Positions 8,072 through 16,746 of a DNA stretch of 25,377 nucleotides are shown here, one piece after another. Source of the DNA: a virus (lineage: Duplodnaviria; Caudoviricetes); the IMG/VR virus record IMGVR_UViG_3300034161_000029, positions 1 to 25,377 of that record; one strand, given 5' to 3'. The position numbers and the translations under genes are program-made. The number at the start of each line of letters is the position of its first letter. Within the stretch, counting starts at the first letter, position 1. A model generated the notes under the pieces. That model was not told where the DNA came from. It was given only the letters and a program-made list of their open reading frames with translations, and did not search any database.

Positions 8072-11000
8072 TCAAACCCTAAGTTCAAGAATCACAACAC
8101 CGCCCGATACTGCGAACAAACCATCCTCCCTTAGAATCATATATTTCCCATTCGTTGCTTTATTCTGAATGGTTATTTGCCCGCTATTGTAATCTGTGAT
8201 CATTACGGGCTGACCATAGTTAGTGAGTGTCTGCGAATAGATTGACTGACCGATAAGCGCATTAGTAATCGTCGCCTTTTGTATAACCGTGTCACGAATG
8301 AACACTTGTCCACCCGACACCATGAAGGGAGAGGTAAATGTGCCGTTTGCGGACGAGTCAGCGTTCAATACCGCAAAGGTGTCAGCACTCACCACAAATT
8401 GTGATTGTGTTGTCCCTGAGCTGTTATCCAGGCCAATACCAAAGCCTGCAGCCCAACGTCTTCCATCGGCCATTACGCCGAGCTTTACGGTATAGGAACT
8501 GCTGACCTTGCCGCTGGTATCCGCCAATGCAGTTGCCTGCACCTGTAGCGCTGCGCCCTGGTTGTTCACAGTGGTGGTCAGTCCCGTGATCGACTGGGCT
8601 TGCGAACTGATCGTGCTGCCCTGCTGCGTCACGGTTGAGGTCAGCGAAGACAGCGCGCGGCTCGAAGCCGACGGTGCAACCCTGCCGACCGCAATCCAGT
8701 CGATGTCGAACGCGCTGCCGGACAACGCGCCAATGTCGAGCCGGATAGCCGTGATCGTGCTGGTTACCCAGTCCGTACCCCCAGCAGTCAGCGCCGCCAT
8801 ATCAAACTCAAGAACGGTGCTCGCACCTACGGCAAGGTTGGGGTTAGCCAGCTTCTTGGTATAGGAGCCGCTGATTCCGTGGCCACTGGTGACGTAGTAG
8901 ATGCTCCCATCCCAGTCTGTAGCCGGTGTACCCGCGCGCCGAGTGATCGAAACGCGGATCTTCGAATACAAACCGCCGTTGATGGCCAGACCCGAAATAT
9001 TGATGCTCGGATCTGAGGCATTCGCCGTCTGCCGCATGACGCCGGCGGACGGGAATGTGAGCGAACTGTTAGCGGCCGCCCACCCCTCGGCAGTGCTGTC
9101 AAAGTTCCAGCTGGCACCCTCTGCAGGATCAAGACCCGATGCGCCCAGACTGCCTTGGATCGTCGAAACCGACGTCTGCAGGTCCGTAATGCTCGACGCT
9201 TGGGCGGTGTTGACCCCCTCTACCGCTGTGACGCGGTTGGTCAGCGTGTCCACCGACGAAGCGCTGGCCTTTGTCGCAAGACCGTTGGTGGTGCTGTTTA
9301 CTGCGTTTTCCAGAGAGGTCGTGCGCGCCGAAATGCTGGTGATGTCATTGCCGTTCTGAGTGACAGCGGACTGCAAGGAAATCACAGCGGCAGAGGTCGC
9401 GACCTGGGCGTTCGTAACCGCCTGCACAGACGGCGAGTAAGCGGTGAGCACCGACCCTTCTTGCAACTGGACATTATCCAGCTCAATCCACATATCAGCA
9501 GTCGCACCAGATCGATTGAGCAGACGCCCCGCGTAAATATGCCCGGCCACGGTTCCTACGGGAGCAGTGGCCGAAAAGCTCATTCGAGTAAATGTCGTCC
9601 CAACTGCTGTCTCCGGTAGCTGTGAGGTGGAGATAACCGAACCGCTGCTGTTGATCCACTGAATGTACATGGCCAGGCGTGCGGACGGACTCGACATCCG
9701 CGCATTCACGCTGAGCGTGTAGGCCTGTCCTGCTACCAGCTTCGGATCAGGACCTTCGGTTGCGTAAAGCTGAAGGTCGATGTAGCCACCGTTCGGAATC
9801 TGATCGATCTGAGCCTGCAGCTCGGCCTGCACCTCGGTCACGGTGTTGCTGACGTCGGTGATCTGGTCGCTCAGGTCGGACTTCACTTGGTCAAGGCGGT
9901 CGTTTACCGAGCCTGGGCCGTCGCCACCGATCTTGTCGATTTCAGACAGCAGTTCCTGGCCGAGCTGGCTTTCGGTGATCTGCCCCACCAAGTAGTCGAG
10001 GATGTCGTCAGCGTCAGCGCTGGCCTGGCCGTTCACGACAGTTGGAGCTTGCGGGAACCACGAGCCGACGTTGCCGGTACGGTCGACGAGCCGCGCCCAG
10101 AAGAAGAACGATTGACCCGCGCGCAGGCCCTGCATGGTGTAGTCGGACTGTGGATATGCCAGATCTGCCAGCTTTATCGCGCTTTCCAGTTGCGGCGCTT
10201 CGCTATACCAAAGCTCGGTGCGCTGCGTGTCTTCCGCACCTGGAGGGAAAGTCCACTTCAGGCCGATGCCGAAGATCAGGCTTTCGGTGGTGAGCGAGGT
10301 TACTGCCGGAGGCAATCCTTCTTTGCCGTTAAGCTGAGTCAGCATCGACGAGCGCCAGATCGACGAGATGTCGTAGGCGCTCACGGCGCGAACGCGGGCC
10401 AGATACGCGCCCGAGTAAATACCGGTGATGTCCACGCTGGTGCTGCCAGTGCGCTGGACCCTAATCCAGTTGCCGTTGTCCTTGCGCCACTCAACGTCAT
10501 ACCCCACCGCGCCGTTTACCGCAGGCCAGGTGATCGTCATGGTGTTGATGGCAATGCCTTGATCAATCGCGGACGTGGCGGTCAGCGTGACGCTGGCCGG
10601 TGCCGGAACCACAGTTATCGGGATGACGCTGATCGGCCGCTCTTCCAGGCGCGCGCCGGTGTCGATATATGCAAATTTACCTGGCTCGAACTGGAGCGCG
10701 GCAATTTCATAGTCGCCCTCTGCCGTACGCTTTCGGCTGAGCACGCGATACAGCGGGATCGCGAGATCGTCAGCGTCCAACGCCCACTGGAGTTGCGGCG
10801 CCGGAGTTTCGCTGTAGGCGGTGGTCACTGTCACTGCGCGACCGGCGACAGACTGAACGGTTCTGCCCTCCGCCTTGCCGCTTGGCAGGTTGATGATCAG
10901 ACGATCCCCAGCCTTGGCTTGGGTGTCACGGTCCAACGTCACCACACGTCCGGCAGTGGCGGAAATCCGGCCGCCGATCTCACGACCAGCCAACAGCGAG

Positions 11001-12014
11001 TCGGCAATCGGGATGATGTAACCCGGCAGCGGAATCGCGCCTTCCATGCCAGTCTTGAACGTGACAGTTCGATCCTGGTTGTTACTCAGCACGGCCCATT
11101 TGCCACGGCGTTGAGCCTCAGAGGCTCGGGTGCAGCCGATGGCACTGATCTCCACCGGTTTGTCGCCGAAACGGCGCTGCAGATCTGGATCTGCAAACGC
11201 CGTGACGTCGGTGTCGTAGTTGTTTGCCGGGTTGTCGAAGCTGACGATCGCGCGGGTGTACCGCGTCTTCGTCGAAGCACTGCCATACGAGAACTTGCCG
11301 TCGATCACGTTCGCGCGGGTGAAAACGTAGTCGATGTCCTGCGCGCGCGGCATGTCGGCCTGCATCACGATCTGGCCTTCGGCCCAGTACGCCATGCCTC
11401 GGTAGATAGCAGAGATATCGCGCAGCAATGTCCACGCCTCTGCCTTGCCCTGCAGATTCATATCACAGAGGAAACGTGGCTCCTGCCCACCGATACCGTC
11501 CGGCACCAACTGGTCGCAGTATTGGGCAATGCGGTACAGCTCCCATTTGTCGACCATGAAGGGCTTGATGCGCTTGCCCAGACCGAAACGGTCAGTGGTG
11601 CAGATACCGAAAGTCACCCATGCAGGGTTGTTGGTCCACGCAGATTTGAAGGTCCCATCCCACACACCTGAATACGTGCGCGCAACCGGGTCATAGTTGC
11701 TCGGCACCTGCCACTTACGCCCGTTGCAGTCTACCGTCACAGCCGGAATGTTGGTGAACTGCTCGGCGTCGAACTCGATGTAAAGAAGAGCGGTGTTTGG
11801 GTAGCGCAGTTTCGCGTCGATGACTTCGGTATAGCCGGCGACCAGCATCGTGTCTGCGATCTTGTTGGTGTTCTGGTTCGGCGTGATGCGGCGCACGCGG
11901 ATCTGCCATCCAGTAGTGGCCGGTGGCAAATCGACACGGCGCGACCGCTCATAACGAGTGGTGGTCTTGCCGTCCACCGCTTCATCCAGCACTTGCTGGT
12001 AGGCGCCGCCGTCA
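8072..12014 (-). pseudogene. Lambda gpJ-like central tail fibre/tip protein, N-terminally truncated, probable internal in-frame deletion near 9797
   Basis: LRYPNTAL, WTNNPAW, DKWELYRIAQYCD, FN3-like repeats, C-terminal DUF1983-like SQFVVSADTFAV; homology starts abruptly at DGGAYQ with no start codon or RBS. Confidence 0.85.
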
Positions 12015-12590
12015 GATCGATGCAGAGATGATCGCGCCGCCCCAGCGGCGACGGCCAATGCAGATCGGGACGGGGTTACCGCTCGCAGTGGTGTTTCGCG
12101 CGCTGCCGAAGGCGTAGGACGGGAGGTTTTCAGGAGCTGCGCTTTGCTTCAGGCCGGAGGCTTGGGGGCTGAGCATCTGAATGACGCCGCCAAGCACAAG
12201 CGATGCACCGAGCGACTGCCCCCAACCCTGCATGCCTGGCACGAAGAATGACGCAACAAAGATCACAGCGCCGATGATGGTTTGAAGGATGCCAGCACGC
12301 TTGCTCCCAGACACGACCGGGACGATTCGCAGTTCGCGGGTTCCGCCGAGATCGAATGCATCAGTGGCTTCGTTCTTCCGGTTGCGGTAAATCGCGAATC
12401 GCATGCCCAGCCGGTCGAGGCGTTTAATCTCATCATCAAATCCGGCTAAGGTCGCCTTGAGAGCCTTGAACGCTTCCCATACTTGGCCCGAGTCAATCTG
12501 GCGGCGATGCTTGCGGCCGAACTTTTTAGCCAAGGAGCCAGAGAGCAGAATCGTGGTCATCGGACTGTATGAAGCTGCGGTCATGGACAT
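12012..12590 (-). CDS. Lambda gpI-like tail assembly protein (last residues probably lost at the junction)
   Basis: LSGSLAKKFGR, IVPVVSGSKRAGILQTIIG, SYAFGSARNTTASGNPVPICIGRRRWGGAIISASI then an immediate TGA abutting the gpJ remnant. Confidence 0.85.
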   Translation of the reverse strand: MSMTAASYSPMTTILLSGSLAKKFGRKHRRQIDSGQVWEAFKALKATLAGFDDEIKRLDRLGMRFAIYRNRKNEATDAFDLGGTRELRIVPVVSGSKRAGILQTIIGAVIFVASFFVPGMQGWGQSLGASLVLGGVIQMLSPQASGLKQSAAPENLPSYAFGSARNTTASGNPVPICIGRRRWGGAIISASI

Positions 12591-12601
12591 TCTTGCTCCT
12601 C

Positions 12602-12626
12602 AAAAAAAAGCCACCCGAAGGTGGCT
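12602..12626 (-). terminator. Moron terminator
   Basis: Minus strand AGCCACC-TTCG-GGTGGCT followed by a T run, between the lipoprotein moron and gpI. Confidence 0.8.
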
Positions 12627-12634
12627 GGTTTTGG

Positions 12635-12979
12635 TCAGAGGCAGTCTTTAACCGCCTCTTCGATCGCCGCTCGCCCCACACCGGGCATCCACGCGACCCT
12701 CTGATAGAAATTCACTCGACTGCCGGCGCCAGACTTGCTGACATCGACCAGCTCATCAGTCAGCTGCATCGCGCCAATCACAATTCGGTATCCGTCGGAT
12801 GTCTCCGACATCACCGCCTCAGACCGCGCGTCCTGCCACTTGGGGAAAACGCAAAGCGCGTATTCCTTTGGCGACTTTTTCGTGCTTGCGCTGGTGGTAG
12901 GCTTGTTCGTCGTCAAATCACTTGGCGAAACACAGCCGGCAAGCAGGGCTACTGATAACGCCCCTATCAAAAATCGCAT
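12635..12979 (-). CDS. Lipoprotein moron in the tail operon
   Basis: MRFLIGALSVALLAG-C lipobox; GAGGAG RBS; Cys pair (ALCV...KDCL). Confidence 0.8.
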   Translation of the reverse strand: MRFLIGALSVALLAGCVSPSDLTTNKPTTSASTKKSPKEYALCVFPKWQDARSEAVMSETSDGYRIVIGAMQLTDELVDVSKSGAGSRVNFYQRVAWMPGVGRAAIEEAVKDCL

Positions 12980-13054
12980 GATTACTCCTCAAAAGGGCAC
13001 TGCTAATGCATCGCAGCACGTGCCTCTGAATTCACAATGATATCCACTGCCGTT

Positions 13055-13384
13055 CTATTTGGTCCTTGACTCCAGACAGGCCGCAAACCATTTATTTTCG
13101 AACTGGCGAATCGCTTTTTGCTTGTACTCAGCTGTGCTGTAAGAGGATTTCTGATAGGCGTCCTGAACCAGCATCGCACCCAAATCATCTGTATGTTTGT
13201 CGCCCGTCTTGATTGCCATCATCTTCGCCATCGCCGTTTCTTCCTGCCGCGCGGACATTATTCCTCGAGCCATTTCAGAAACCTTTGTGCAATCAGCTAC
13301 AATTTCGTCGCTTGGCGCTGCCGCATATGAACAATTCGCAACGACCGTTAAAACCAAAAACAAACCGCATCTAAAAGACCTCAT
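13055..13384 (-). CDS. Secreted/periplasmic small protein moron
   Basis: Signal-peptide-like N terminus, C...IMSARQ...WFAACL; AAGGAG RBS; AT-richer. Confidence 0.7.
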   Translation of the reverse strand: MRSFRCGLFLVLTVVANCSYAAAPSDEIVADCTKVSEMARGIMSARQEETAMAKMMAIKTGDKHTDDLGAMLVQDAYQKSSYSTAEYKQKAIRQFENKWFAACLESRTK

Positions 13385-13417
13385 AACTGCACTCCTTGGT
13401 CACTAATCCCTTGCTAA

Positions 13418-14236
13418 TCATGCGGAAGGCTCGAGCGAAAGGCCAGTAGCCCCTGATCTTTTAACCTTTGAACAGGAGTGCCTGAGGATCAGGCGTGTTC
13501 TGTCATGCCACGGCCCGCCAAAGACAATGATCTCGGATGGCTTGCCGTAGATGTGATGAAGCAGGAACGGACCGGCGCCGTGCACCGCCACTGGCTCGCC
13601 CGGCAGCGTGGGATCAGTTCCGAGATAGATTCCGGCATGGTTCGGGTGCTTGGTGCGCCCTACGTCCATGACGATCATATCGCCACGCTGCGGTGAGCCG
13701 ACGCGATCAAACCCTGCCGCCTCATATGACTGTTCATACAGGCTCGGGCCGTCCGCCTGCTCCCACCACCCGTCCTCGCGGTTGAAGGCATCGAACTCCA
13801 GCCCCCATTCGCGCTTGTACCAGTCCGCGCACACGGGATTGCCTGCTGGGAAGTTCGCCGCATCGATGTAGCGCACCAAGGTGTGCCGCATGGTCAGCTT
13901 GAACTCGAGCAGATCCTCGAAAGCGAGGCACAGCGCCGTGATTCGCCCGTTAACGTTCCCGACAGAGAGCGTTGGACGAACCGCTGTACCGTCGCCATTG
14001 GCCTCGATGCCGTCAATCTGCATCGGCCAGGCGCCGTACTCCTCGCCCTGCCACCAGATCGACTTCGCCGGTAGTTGGTCTGCATCCACGCCAGCCGCAA
14101 TGATCTCGGCCTGGGTGTGCGGGATTGAGTGACCGTGAAAACGCAGAACGTCCGCGCCGTAATCTGAACCATCCAACTCGAAAAGCAAAACCTCGCTGCC
14201 AGGCTCGAGAACCTGCAGGTCATTGATTAACGGCAT
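13418..14236 (-). pseudogene. In-frame fusion of gpL N-terminal half and gpK (NlpC/P60) C-terminal half
   Basis: gpL-like to IDAANFPAGNP (13835), then gpK-like VCADWY...HPNHAGIYLG...LLHH. Confidence 0.85.
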
Positions 14237-14245
14237 GGTGGATCC

Positions 14246-14557
14246 TTACGGTAGGAATGCTTGGTCGAACGTTGCGGTGAGCTTGAACTGCCCTCCGCCC
14301 AGCGGCGTAGGTACCGCTTTTTCGCAGGTGTAGAGGCCTACTTCGCCAAGCGGGGTTGTCCATTTGAAGGCTTTAGCCCCGCCATGACGGTCGAGGAATT
14401 CCATAATCTGCTGCACCGTGGACTTTGGCCCGGTGTAGGTTATGGGAAACGACTGCTCCTTGTTGTTCGGCCCATCGCCGAACTGCGCCTTGAAGTAGTC
14501 CGGCAACGACTTCGAACTGACGATTGCCTTGGCGAGGAAGGTGCCCATGACCGACAT
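14246..14557 (-). pseudogene. Chimeric gpM-like minor tail protein
   Basis: C-terminal part AQFGDGPNN...FLDRHGGAKAFKWTTPLG...TATFDQAF is gpM-like; N-terminal MSVMGTFLAKAIVSSKSLPDYF is not; lies directly after the post-capsid gene. Confidence 0.75.
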
Positions 14558-14558
14558 G

Positions 14559-14810
14559 TCATTCGCCTTTTTTGGGCTTTGTCGGCTTTTCGGTCTTCGG
14601 CGGAGTCGCCACCGCTTCGCTGATCAGAACGCCAGCACCGGCAGCGTCTTCTTCGCCCAGGACAACAACGGAATCACCATCACTTGAGTCGGGTTCGGCG
14701 TAGCCTTTCTGGATCAGCTCGCGGCCGTGCTGCTCGATGGTTTCGAAGGATTTGCCCTCGACCAAGGTCTGACCGCCCAGATACAGCGGCTTCAACGTCT
14801 TCAGCTTCAT
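14559..14810 (-). CDS. Small post-capsid head-region protein (83 aa)
   Basis: GGAGG RBS, MKLKTLKPLYLGG...GRELIQKGYAE, Lys/Pro tail; typical position after an HK97-type capsid gene. Confidence 0.7.
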   Translation of the reverse strand: MKLKTLKPLYLGGQTLVEGKSFETIEQHGRELIQKGYAEPDSSDGDSVVVLGEEDAAGAGVLISEAVATPPKTEKPTKPKKGE

Positions 14811-14853
14811 GATTGCCTCCAGTGGGCCGTCGCGCGGACGGCCCAACGTCAGT

Positions 14854-15342
14854 TTACGGAGTGGTCGGAGCGGTAAATTCACCGTAGATGAACGCTTCCG
14901 GACGCTTGACCGCCAGGGCCGCGCGCTCTTCGCAACGAACCGAGATCAGGTTCTTCTCGAAGTCGTCGGCGTTCTCGGTGGAGATCACCACGTTGGCGTC
15001 TTCACGATCGAACAGCTGCGCGCCGGTCTGGAAAGCGCCGGTCAGGAACTTGCCTTCGAAGCCGACCGCCTCGGTGGCGACCACTGGCAGCCCCCAGAGC
15101 ACTGGACCGGCCAGGCCAAGCGGGTTGGCCAGGATGTAGCGGCCAAGGGTGTCTTTTGTCAGCTCGATCTTCGCCCAGTCGATGAAGTGCAGGACATGAC
15201 CACTCGCTGGCAGGCGCGCAAGTTGTGCCTGGAGCATGGCCAGACGCAGATCGTCGATGCCGGACTGGTTCGCGACTTCGAAAGCGGGGTCGAATACCGA
15301 GGCCTGCGGCACGATGCCGTGCAGGTGAACGCCGGTACCGTC
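14854..15342 (-). pseudogene. HK97-family major capsid protein, C-terminal half only
   Basis: DGTGVHLHGI, DWAKIELTKDTLGRYI, LWGLPVV, DDFEKNLISVRCEERAALAVKRPEAFIYG; N-terminal half absent. Confidence 0.9.
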
Positions 15343-15439
15343 CGGATCACCACCATCCAGCGCCATGCAGATGTCCTGCAGCAGCTGCCGCGTGGCCTGA
15401 GTGTCGCCGTCCTTGTGCGCGGTGAGCGCCTTGGACATG

Positions 15440-15640
15440 ATCTTTCAACGCCCAAAGGTCGCCGTTTAATGCCAGGTCATCGTCACTGGTGGTGATGCGC
15501 TCGCACGGAACCAGCTCAGGGGGTTCGAGCCTTACCGTTGTTGTCTTTACCGGTGCTGGCTGGTTTGCCCCGCAGGCCGTCAGGCAAAGGCTGATCAGCC
15601 CACTTACGAACAGCCGGGCTCTTGCGCTTGAGGTCTTCAA
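15440..15640 (-). pseudogene. Second Rz1-like spanin lipoprotein, C-terminally truncated
   Basis: LISLCLTA-C lipobox, PPELVPCE...LNGDLW; runs into unrelated sequence at about 15440. Confidence 0.65.
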
Positions 15641-15902
15641 AGTCTTTCCTCGCCTGTTGTGCTTTCTGCTCGCTGGCTTTGAGTCGGTTGTTCAGGTCCG
15701 CCTGATAGGCGACGTTACGTGCTGCCTCGGCTCGCAGCGTGGTGATGGTGGCTTGGCTTTCAAGATTGGCCGCCAATGCATCGGCCTTGGCCTTCGTCTC
15801 GACGGCGACGTCAGCACGCAGGGCGATGACGCGGTATTGCTGCAGCCCAACGAGCAGGATGGCGACAAGCGCGATGATGAATGCTGCTGCGATCGCCTTC
15901 AT
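15516..15902 (-). CDS. Second Rz-like (LysB-type) inner-membrane spanin
   Basis: ATGA overlap with the holin stop; N-terminal TM, coiled coil, AVRKWADQPLPD motif; overlaps the lipoprotein gene. Confidence 0.7.
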   Translation of the reverse strand: MKAIAAAFIIALVAILLVGLQQYRVIALRADVAVETKAKADALAANLESQATITTLRAEAARNVAYQADLNNRLKASEQKAQQARKDFEDLKRKSPAVRKWADQPLPDGLRGKPASTGKDNNGKARTP

Positions 15903-16225
15903 ATCGAGTCCGCCTTGCGGCCAAGGAACTTGATGATCAGCTCTCGGATGGCGGTGACCCCGATGAAACCGATCGCGCCGCCGGCACCGACCGACAAACT
16001 GGACGGCCAGGCCATCCACTCGATCACGCTGCTGGCTGACAGACTCAGTCCGCCGCACATCAACGCTTCCAGCAGCACACGCCATTTGTTGGCTTCCTTA
16101 CCCTCATAGAGGACTCGAAGCATTGAGATGGTTGCGGCCATGATCGCTCCTTGCCAGAGCGGCGTCGTGATGATCAGCCAGACCTGCGCCCATAAGTCAG
16201 GATTTTTTTCAGGCATTGAATGCAT
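15899..16225 (-). CDS. Lambda-family holin
   Basis: MPEKNPDLW..., LRVLY, LLEALMCG, GGAIGFIGV, basic C terminus; three hydrophobic segments; alternative start at 16216. Confidence 0.88.
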   Translation of the reverse strand: MHSMPEKNPDLWAQVWLIITTPLWQGAIMAATISMLRVLYEGKEANKWRVLLEALMCGGLSLSASSVIEWMAWPSSLSVGAGGAIGFIGVTAIRELIIKFLGRKADSI

Positions 16226-16312
16226 CCGACAGTCCACCCTTTCGGGATCGGAAATGAATCAGCCCCGCAGCACTCCCAGCTCGGAGCGATGGGTGTGGCG
16301 GGGCTGAAAACG

Positions 16313-16338
16313 AAAAAGCCCCGGCAAATGCCGAGGCT
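16313..16338 (-). terminator. tR'-like terminator upstream of the holin
   Basis: Minus strand AGCCTCGGCA-TT-TGCCGGGGCT-TTTT; the G-U pair favours the minus strand. Confidence 0.65.
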
Positions 16339-16449
16339 CAGGAATATGTGCGTGTCTTCCCACGCTGCCCGTCAACGCCGCCCGGAGCATCAGAGGTATC
16401 AGGCGCATTGACTGCCGGTGTTCTTTCGTACCACGTGACTACCGGCAAT

Positions 16450-16746
16450 ACCGTGTCAACAGGCCCACCACCTGGCCGGTCAGCGGCAGACTGTGCTCGC
16501 ACCGGGTCTTCGTGTTCTCGGCGGGCAGAAACCACTCACCACCATCAGCGATCGTGATGTGCGACCAGCGGGCCTGCCTGGTCTCGCCAACACGCGTGCC
16601 ATGGCAGAGCATCATCAGCGCCAGCATGTTGTCGGCCGGTTCATGATCGAAGCCGTCGGCGAACGATTCGACCAGTGCCTCGATTTGCACGCCGCGCAGC
16701 CTGGATGTCTTCGGCTTGATTTTCGCCTTGGTGAAGTCGGTGAAGC
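16450..16746 (-). pseudogene. Internal fragment of a second tyrosine-recombinase-family gene
   Basis: LMMLCHGTRVGETRQARWSHI...WFLPAENTKT...HSLPLT contains the catalytic Arg and Lys region; both ends missing. Confidence 0.8.

Noticed and set aside
8072-9800. Diversity-generating retroelement or shufflon acting on the tail fibre
   Set aside because: No reverse transcriptase, invertase, template/variable repeat pair or inverted crossover sites seen
9887-11671. 594-aa plus-strand ORF
   Set aside because: Antisense shadow of GC-rich gpJ; no recognisable motifs
6645-16225. Functional F-type tailocin
   Set aside because: No tail tube or tape measure gene; gpM, gpL, gpK and gpJ are broken
16493-16740. 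N-terminal extension of DUF2303 in the ORF track
   Set aside because: It is the reverse strand of the recombinase fragment, upstream of the junction
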